Source of the DNA: an uncultured Chloroflexia bacterium
Lineage (GTDB): Bacteria; Chloroflexota; Limnocylindria; Limnocylindrales; CSP1-4
DNA: 64,000 bases
Assembly (NCBI GenBank): GCA_963736025.1
Contig: CAVTNH010000002.1
Span: forward strand, 595,351-659,350
Direction: 5' to 3'
Below the pieces are notes generated by a model. The model saw nothing but the letters and a program-made list of their open reading frames with translations, was not told the DNA's origin and ran no database searches. The position numbers and the translations under genes were made by a program. Shown here one piece after another: positions 57,853 to 64,000 of the stretch (position 1 is its first letter; each line of letters begins with the position of its first letter).

Positions 57853-58938
57853 TCAGTAGCCGGCGACCGGATCGACGACGTTGAGCAGCGGCTCGCCGAC
57901 CGCGAAACGGCGCAGGTTGTCGCAGAAGAGCTCGACGCTGCGGTCGAGGACGCGTCCGCTGGACCACGCGGTGTGCGGCGTCACGATGACGTTGGGCAGG
58001 TCGTAGAAGGACGACATCGCGGGCAGGGGCTCGTCGTGGAACGTGTCGAGAACCGCGCCACCGAGCGGGCCGTCGCGCAGCGCCCGCAGCAGCGCCCGCT
58101 CGTCCACGAGCCGGCCGCGCGCCACGTTGATCAGCCAGGCGCCAGGCTTCACCATCGCAAGGGTCTCGTCGTTGATCATCGACTCGGTCTCCGGGGTCAA
58201 GGGCGCCGCGAGGACGATGAAGTCCGACTCGCCCAGGAGCTCCGGGAGCTTGTCGGGCCCGCCGACCCGATCGAGCGGGATGTCCCCGAGCTCCGGATCC
58301 CCGGCGTCCGCCTGCGCGATCTCCGACGCGGTCGGCCCGGTGCCCACCTCGGGGCGCCGGCGGACGGCGATCACCCGGCAGCCGAAGGCCGTCGCAAGGG
58401 CCCCGACGGCCCGGCCCATCGACCCGAGCCCGACGATCCCGACGGTCACGTCGCGCAGCTCGGCGCCCTCGAGCGGCTGCCAGGTCCGCTCCCGCTGGAG
58501 CTCGAGGAGCTGCGGCAGCCGGCGGCTGACCGCGAGGATCATCATCAGGACGTATTCCGCGATCGGCCGGCTGAACACGCCTCGTGCGTTCGTGACGATC
58601 ACGCCCCGTTCGCGGGCCGCCGGGGTCAGGGCGCGCTCCACGCCCGACGTCGCCGAGTGGACCCACGAGAGGCGTGGCGCGCGGACGAGCAGCCGGTCGA
58701 AGGCGTCGGGCAGGAGCCAGCCGCGGAGCATGACCTCGACGTCGTCGAGCGGGCCGTCGGCCAGGCCCTCGATCGACACGGTGACGATCCGTGCCCCGGG
58801 GGCAGCCGCGCGGATCCGCTCGAGATCGCGCGACCGATAGCGGGCGGACAGGATCGGGCTCAGGGCGATCGCCGTCGGCGCCCCGCCGGGCCCGGTGCCG
58901 GGGCCGGCCCGGCGGACGAGCGGACCGTCGGCCGTCAC
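57853..58938 (-). CDS. D-isomer-specific 2-hydroxyacid dehydrogenase family protein
   Basis: GIVGLGSMGRAV, INVARGRLVD, TPHTA. GTG at 58938 overlaps the upstream TGA (GTGA). Confidence 0.8.
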   Translation of the reverse strand: MTADGPLVRRAGPGTGPGGAPTAIALSPILSARYRSRDLERIRAAAPGARIVTVSIEGLADGPLDDVEVMLRGWLLPDAFDRLLVRAPRLSWVHSATSGVERALTPAARERGVIVTNARGVFSRPIAEYVLMMILAVSRRLPQLLELQRERTWQPLEGAELRDVTVGIVGLGSMGRAVGALATAFGCRVIAVRRRPEVGTGPTASEIAQADAGDPELGDIPLDRVGGPDKLPELLGESDFIVLAAPLTPETESMINDETLAMVKPGAWLINVARGRLVDERALLRALRDGPLGGAVLDTFHDEPLPAMSSFYDLPNVIVTPHTAWSSGRVLDRSVELFCDNLRRFAVGEPLLNVVDPVAGY

Positions 58939-60137
58939 GCGGCCGCCCCGTCCAGGACCCGCGCGATCCACCGCTCCGGCTCGTCGATCTCGCCGTCGCG
59001 CGGCAGCGTCTCCGCACCCTCCCACAGGCGTGTGAGGGCCTCCTTGCCGCGGGCGTCGGCGATCGCGCGCACGAAGCGCTCGCCCTTCTTGTACTGCTCC
59101 ATCTTCAGGTCGAGGCCGGTCAGCCGGAGCATCGAGCGCTCGAACGGGGTGCGCTTGGTCCGCCGTTCATGGAAGCGCGCGCTGATCCGCTCGACGCCCG
59201 GGACCAGGTCCTGCCCGACCTCGTCCATCACGTAGTCGCTGAACCCCTCGAGCAGGCTCATGACCGCCTGGGTCTCGCGGAAGAGGGCCTTCTGCTCCGG
59301 GCTCATGAGGCGCTCCATCCAGTGCTCACCCTCGGCCTCGCCGCGCAGGGTCCGGCCGAGCGCCCGCAGCGCGTCGCGGCCGAGGGTCCGGGCGTCGCTG
59401 CCGAACAGCGTCAGCTGGCGCTCGAGGCGCGAAGCGAGGTAGGGCCGGAGCCACGGATGCGCCTCGAACTCGAAGGCGTGGGTGGTCTCGTGGAGGGCGA
59501 TCCAGGTGCGGAACGGGTCGAGCGGCACGCCGAGCGACCGGGCCGTCTGGCGGATGTTCTCCTCGACGAACAGGAGCCGGCCGGGCGCCTGTTCCGTGGT
59601 CAGGAGGGCCAGGTCGTACTGGCCGAGGACGCGGCCGCCCATGAACCCGAGCAGGAAGCCGAGCTGGCGGCTCGTCACCCACCGGTTGGCCAGCGCCATG
59701 GTCGCCTTGGCCAGCCCGCCACCGGTCGGGACGACCTGGTCGAGCAGGTCCGCCTCGAGCTTGCCGATGAGCGAGGCGAACGTCCCGATGTTGGCCTGGA
59801 CCCAGCCCGCCCGATCCACGACGGCCGACCGTTCGACGACCCCCGGCAATTCCGTGCCGAGCGCACGCGACAGCGCGGGGACGATCTTGGTCATGGCCTC
59901 GGCGTACGCGGGCTCCGACGCCCGGAGCTCGGCTGCCGACAGGCGGCCCGGGGCGCGCTCGAGCCGCGCGACCGCCATCCGCTCGACCGCGGGCCAGTCG
60001 ACCAGTCCGCGCCGGGCCGACCGTTCGGCGTGCCGGCCGACGACCGTCGCGGCGGCGCCGAGGGCCGAGCCGATCAGGAATCCGGCCTGCCACACGCGGT
60101 CGTCGCGCCACGCGGGGCCGCGTCCACGCTCGCTCAT
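58935..60137 (-). CDS. Zinc-dependent metalloprotease (DUF2342-like, HExxH)
   Basis: 400 aa with ALHETTHAFEF. The ATG overlaps the murI TGA (ATGA). Confidence 0.75.
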   Translation of the reverse strand: MSERGRGPAWRDDRVWQAGFLIGSALGAAATVVGRHAERSARRGLVDWPAVERMAVARLERAPGRLSAAELRASEPAYAEAMTKIVPALSRALGTELPGVVERSAVVDRAGWVQANIGTFASLIGKLEADLLDQVVPTGGGLAKATMALANRWVTSRQLGFLLGFMGGRVLGQYDLALLTTEQAPGRLLFVEENIRQTARSLGVPLDPFRTWIALHETTHAFEFEAHPWLRPYLASRLERQLTLFGSDARTLGRDALRALGRTLRGEAEGEHWMERLMSPEQKALFRETQAVMSLLEGFSDYVMDEVGQDLVPGVERISARFHERRTKRTPFERSMLRLTGLDLKMEQYKKGERFVRAIADARGKEALTRLWEGAETLPRDGEIDEPERWIARVLDGAAA

Positions 60138-60997
60138 CGGGCCGGCACCGCGAGGTCGATCCGTTCGACGTCCGGGAAGGCCGCCCCGAACAGGCGCGCG
60201 GCGAGGGCGTGGAATGTCTCCGGGTCCCCGGTCGTCAACTGGAGGTGGGTCGCTGCCGCCGCGCCGGCGGGCACCGCGAGGCCGTTGATGTCGAGGAGCT
60301 CGGCCAGGGCGGACGCGGTCGCCGTCGCCGAATCGACGATCGCGACGTGGGCGCCGGCGACGGCCTCGATGAGCGGCCGCAGGAGCGGGTAATGGGTGCA
60401 CCCGAGGAGGAGCGTGTCGACGGTCGCCCCGGGCGGGGGCGGGACGTCCGACTCGCCGTCGGCGTCGCGCGTGCCGAGCAACGGCCCCAGGGCCTCGGCG
60501 ACCGCGGCCTCGGCGATCGGCCCGCGCAGTTCGCCGGCCTCGACCAGGGGCACGAGGGTCGGGGTGGCGTGCTCGATGATCTCGACCGCCGGGTTCTCGT
60601 CCCGGATCGCCGAGCGGTAGGCGTGCGATCGGATGGTGGCCGGCGTGGCGATGACGCCGACGCGCCCGTTCCGCGTGGCCAGGGCCGCGGCCGACGCCCC
60701 GGGTCGGATGACGCCGAGGACCGGCAGGTCGTAGCGGCGGCGGAATGCCGCGATGCCGACCGCGGTCGAGGTGTTGCACGCGACAACGAGCGCCTTCACG
60801 TCGCGCTCCACGAGCGCATCGAGGGACTGCGTCGAGAAGGCCAGCACCTCGTCGTCGGAACGGACGCCGTAGGGAGCCCGCAGGTTGTCCCCGAGGTAGA
60901 TCGTGGACTCGGCCGGGGTCCTTCGGAGGATCTCGCGCAGGACGGTGAGCCCGCCGACACCAGAGTCGAAGACCCCGATCGCGCGGGGATCGGCCAT
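60134..60997 (-). CDS. murI: Glutamate racemase
   Basis: GVFDSGVGGLTV, VVACNTS, LGCTHYP. Confidence 0.92.
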   Translation of the reverse strand: MADPRAIGVFDSGVGGLTVLREILRRTPAESTIYLGDNLRAPYGVRSDDEVLAFSTQSLDALVERDVKALVVACNTSTAVGIAAFRRRYDLPVLGVIRPGASAAALATRNGRVGVIATPATIRSHAYRSAIRDENPAVEIIEHATPTLVPLVEAGELRGPIAEAAVAEALGPLLGTRDADGESDVPPPPGATVDTLLLGCTHYPLLRPLIEAVAGAHVAIVDSATATASALAELLDINGLAVPAGAAAATHLQLTTGDPETFHALAARLFGAAFPDVERIDLAVPAR

Positions 60998-61005
60998 CCG
61001 GTCCC

Positions 61006-62181
61006 CTATCGAGACCCGGCCGCGGCCGGCGTCCGCGCCAGCCCCAGGAGCTCGCCGGCGAGCCGTGCCAGGTCCAGGCTGATGGGCGCCTCCGGATTGG
61101 CCAGGACGAACGGCACGCCCTCGTTGTTCGACTGGATCACGAGGCGGCCGTCGGACATCACGCGGTGCTCCGGCACCCGCCCGAGGGCGCGCTCGAGGGC
61201 GGCCGGGTCGATCCCGCCCGACGAGTCGGCGCGGTTGATCAGGTACCGCACCTTCGACGCCGCATAGCCGATCGCCCGGAACGTGTCGGCGATCGCGACC
61301 GTGTTGTGGATGGTCGTCGAGTCGTACGTGACGATCTCGACGATCGTGTCGCTCGCATCGAGGAACGCGAGGTTGACGTCGTTCACGTAGCTCGACATGT
61401 CGATGACGATCACCGAGTAGACCCGGCGCAGGAGCGAGAGGACCTTCTCGATGTCGCGCGAGGTGACCATCTCGGCCATCTCGATGCGTGGTGGCGCCAG
61501 CAGGATGTCGATGCCCGACGGATCGCGCCACAGGACGTCGCCCAGGTCGGACTCGGCGATCCGGTCCGTCGGCAGGTCGAGGATGGACGGGGCGTCGGCG
61601 GGGACCTTGAGCAGCGCCCGCAGGTCGCCGAACTGGAGGCTGCCGTCGATGAGGACGGTGCGCTGGTCCAGCTGCCCCATCGCCACGGCCAGGTTGAACG
61701 CGATGGTCGTCTTGCCGACGCCGCCCTTGGGCGCGAACACCGAGAAGATCCTGGTGCTGGCCGTCTCCTGGTCCGCCTCGAAGAGCTTGCGGACCCCGGT
61801 GATGCGGTTGATGAGGTCGAAGCCGGAGAACGGCATCGAGAGCACCCCGTGGATGCCCTGGTCCGGGTCGGGCTCGATCGGGTTCTGCGGCACGGTCAGG
61901 ACGATCACCGGCACGCCGAGGCCGGACTTGTGGATCTGCTCGACGAGGCTGGGGCCCTTGACCCGGCCCTGCAGGAGCGCATCCACGATCACGACGTCGG
62001 GTCGCAGCTCCTGGATCTGGAGGAGGGCCTTGCCGCCCTCGCTGAGCACGTCAAGCAGCTTGACCTTGCTCTGCGCGTTCAGGAGGCCGCGGATGTACTG
62101 CGCGACTTGCGGCACGTCCTCGACGATGAGCAAGCGTGTCTGGTCACTGGATGCCATCAGGCCGACGATACCACGCAGCAC
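61006..62181 (-). CDS. Degenerate receiver domain fused to a CpaE/MinD-like P-loop ATPase (second paralogue)
   Basis: The receiver keeps the acceptor Asp (VIVDALL) and Thr (VLTV) but has LSMPF where the conserved Lys should be (xKPF). Walker A is canonical, APKGGVGKTT. GTG at 62181 has GAGGGAG 10 nt upstream. The stop lies 8 nt before murI. Confidence 0.8.
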   Translation of the reverse strand: MLRGIVGLMASSDQTRLLIVEDVPQVAQYIRGLLNAQSKVKLLDVLSEGGKALLQIQELRPDVVIVDALLQGRVKGPSLVEQIHKSGLGVPVIVLTVPQNPIEPDPDQGIHGVLSMPFSGFDLINRITGVRKLFEADQETASTRIFSVFAPKGGVGKTTIAFNLAVAMGQLDQRTVLIDGSLQFGDLRALLKVPADAPSILDLPTDRIAESDLGDVLWRDPSGIDILLAPPRIEMAEMVTSRDIEKVLSLLRRVYSVIVIDMSSYVNDVNLAFLDASDTIVEIVTYDSTTIHNTVAIADTFRAIGYAASKVRYLINRADSSGGIDPAALERALGRVPEHRVMSDGRLVIQSNNEGVPFVLANPEAPISLDLARLAGELLGLARTPAAAGSR

Positions 62182-62236
62182 GCTCGGCGCACTCCCTCGT
62201 AGGTCCCGTTCGACGGGGGACCCGCGAGACCCACCT

Positions 62237-63040
62237 TCACGGCTTGACCGCGATCAGGACCGCCCGTTCGCTGCCGGGTCCGAAGGCACCCAGCTCGTAG
62301 CCGCCGGCCACCAGCTCGATCGTGAGGCCGGCCGCCTCCGCCCAGGCCCCGAGCTGGTCCGCGGACAGCAGGCGCATCACGTCGCGCCGGACCCAGCGTC
62401 GCGCGGGCTCGCCCTGGCGTGACGCCTCGAACATCGTCGTGAGCGTGATCGTGCCGGTCGCCGCGTCGTGCTGGGCGGAACCGGCCTTGGTCACCAGCTC
62501 GCCGGTCTCGGGATCGACCCGCGGCCACTCGAGGATCACGCGGCCGTCGAACCGGGCCAGGTCCTCGGCGTCGGGCAGCCAGATGTCCACGACGCCCACG
62601 CCACCCGGCGCGAGATGCTCCGCCAGGGTCGTGAGCGCCGCACGCTGCGCCGCCCGGTCCGCGAGCACGAGGATCGAGTTGAGGGCGATGAAGGCAAGCC
62701 CGTACCGACCGGCGTCCGGCAGCCGCAACCCGACGAGGTCGGCCTCGACCAGCGTCAGGTGGTCCGTCGCGACCGCGGTCCCGCGTCCGCGGCCCGTGCC
62801 TTGGCCCTCGCGAGCATCGCCGGGTCGAGGTCGACGGCCGTGACCCGGTTCCCGCCCGCCGCCAGCGGGACGGCCAGGCGACCGGTCCCCGCCGCCAGCT
62901 CGAGGATCGGCCCGCCCGTCCGCTCGGCGAGGGCGAGATAGAGGTCGAGGTCGCCCGGGATCGTCGACCAGGTCGAGGTCGTAGAGACGGGCCAGGTCGT
63001 CGGCCGTCGCCCGGTCGCGGGGGCCGAGCGGATCGCGATC
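62237..63040 (-). pseudogene. Class I SAM-dependent methyltransferase whose SAM-binding segment is out of frame (two frame breaks)
   Basis: …ADDLARLYDLDLVDDPG (frame 1), then DLDLYLALAERTGGPILELAAGTGRLAVPLAAGGNRVTAVDLDPAMLARAKARAADAG (frame 2), then AVATDHLTLVEADLVGLRLPDAGRYGLAFIALNS… (frame 1, ORF 62237-62728). The breaks are at about 62952-62958 and 62775-62785. I see no obvious start codon. Confidence 0.75.
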
Positions 63041-63046
63041 GATGGG

Positions 63047-63994
63047 TCAGCCCTCCCAGCGGACCCGGGCGCCCGCCTTGCGCTTGAGCGCGAGCGCGCT
63101 GATGGCCTCGAGCGCCGCCCGGTTCGCGGCCATCGCGGTGGTCTCGGCCTGGTCGTACGGCGGGGAGACCTCGACGATGTCCATGCCGGCCAGCTCGACC
63201 GACCCGACGATCTGGCGGATCGCCCGCAGGACCTCGCGGGTCAGCATGCCGCCCGGCTCGGGCGTGCCCGTCCCGGGCGCCATGCCCGGATCGATGACGT
63301 CGATGTCGAGCGAGAGGTAGATGACGTCCGGGCCGTCGAGCGCCTCGGCGATCGCGTCGGCGATGACCGCCTCGGCGCCGCGCTCCTCGATCTCGCGCAT
63401 GAAGTGCCAGCGCAGGCCGTGCTCCTGCATCCAGTCGAACGTCTCCTGCGGCGGCCAGTAGCCGCGAAGGCCGACCTGCACGAAGTTGCGGCCGTCGATG
63501 GCGCCCGACTCGATCAGCCGGCGCATCGGCGTGCCGTGGCTCGCGAGGACGCCGAACGTGTCATTGGCCGTGTCGGCGTGGGCGTCGAAGTGGACGATGC
63601 CGACACGCTGCGGCGCCCGGAGCTCGGCGATCGCGGTCGCCGCCGGCCAGGTGATGGAGTGGTCGCCGCCGAGGATGATCGGGATCGCCCCGCTGCCGGC
63701 CACGTCGCGGACCTTGCGGTAGATCATCGCGTGCCCGCGCTCGATCCAGGAGGGCACGATGTTCGCGTCGCCCGCGTCGACGACGGTCAGCACCTCGAAC
63801 GGGTCGACGTCGAGCTGCAGGGAGTGGAGGCTCCCCGAGGCGTAGTTGGCCTCGCGGATCGCCCGCGGCCCGAACCGGGTGCCGGAGCGGTGGCTGACCG
63901 CGTCGTCGAACGGCGCGCCGACGATGGCGACGTCGACACCCAGTCGGCGGAGCTCGGCCGGATCGTCGACCCAGGGCAGCTTCGAGAACGACAC
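63047..63994 (-). CDS. speB: Agmatinase/arginase-family ureohydrolase. The N-terminus is at or just beyond the window end.
   Basis: GGDHSIT, HFDAHADT, SLDIDVIDP, EVSPPYD. Confidence 0.88.
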   Translation of the reverse strand: MSFSKLPWVDDPAELRRLGVDVAIVGAPFDDAVSHRSGTRFGPRAIREANYASGSLHSLQLDVDPFEVLTVVDAGDANIVPSWIERGHAMIYRKVRDVAGSGAIPIILGGDHSITWPAATAIAELRAPQRVGIVHFDAHADTANDTFGVLASHGTPMRRLIESGAIDGRNFVQVGLRGYWPPQETFDWMQEHGLRWHFMREIEERGAEAVIADAIAEALDGPDVIYLSLDIDVIDPGMAPGTGTPEPGGMLTREVLRAIRQIVGSVELAGMDIVEVSPPYDQAETTAMAANRAALEAISALALKRKAGARVRWEG

Positions 63995-64000
63995 AGGCCC

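Noticed and set aside
1-64000. CRISPR arrays, insertion sequences, prophage or toxin-antitoxin modules
   Set aside because: I saw no spacer-repeat periodicity, terminal inverted repeats with a transposase, phage structural genes, or small paired ORFs. The only tandem repeats are the 11-bp array (541-605) and the coding 36-bp repeat (8067-8208).

Overview
High-GC (about 70%) bacterial chromosomal segment. Gene content looks Actinomycetota- or Chloroflexota-like (F420-type LLM oxidoreductase, MrfAB, VanW, FtsH). I found no transposase, integrase, phage genes or CRISPR array. Layout: (i) 1-19.4 kb is almost entirely minus-strand housekeeping and envelope genes: yifB/comM 5' part, a receiver-CpaE/MinD-like ATPase, the SPFH-NfeD pair, a Nudix-like gene, tyrA, a small zinc-ribbon gene, TrpB2, a low-complexity membrane protein, thpR, a GNAT-ppa composite ORF, a DnaB-C-terminal-only ATPase, an M20 peptidase, ftsH, tRNA-Met, a broken LCAT-like lipase, VanW and FtsB/DivIC-like. 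(ii) 19.5-23.3 kb holds an MrfA/MrfB-like helicase-exonuclease pair. (iii) 23.2-56.3 kb is a roughly 33-kb carbohydrate/cyclitol utilisation supercluster: iolB/D/E/G, four Gfo/Idh/MocA oxidoreductases, three xylose-isomerase-like TIM-barrel genes, two DegT-family aminotransferases, an HpcH aldolase, an SMP-30 lactonase, a transaldolase-like gene, a PfkB kinase, one PotABCD-like and one RbsB-type ABC importer, two LacI regulators with operator-like palindromes, and an 860-aa PHP/CehA-like metallohydrolase. (iv) 56.3-64 kb holds an acidic poly-Asp protein, ychF, a 2-hydroxyacid dehydrogenase, a DUF2342-like Zn protease, murI, a second receiver-CpaE/MinD-like ATPase, a broken methyltransferase and agmatinase. 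Main caveat and main observation: at least 13 single-nucleotide frame breaks interrupt otherwise well-conserved genes, so this is either an indel-prone assembly or genuine gene decay. Any fusion or pseudogene call here depends on which. Most interesting leads: the aminotransferase-containing cyclitol/aminosugar locus, a phased 5 x 11-bp repeat array upstream of yifB, two orphan receiver-CpaE paralogues with complementary motif degeneracy, a GNAT-pyrophosphatase read-through ORF, and a His/Asp-rich membrane-anchored repeat protein. Coordinates read by hand may be off by 1-2 nt.
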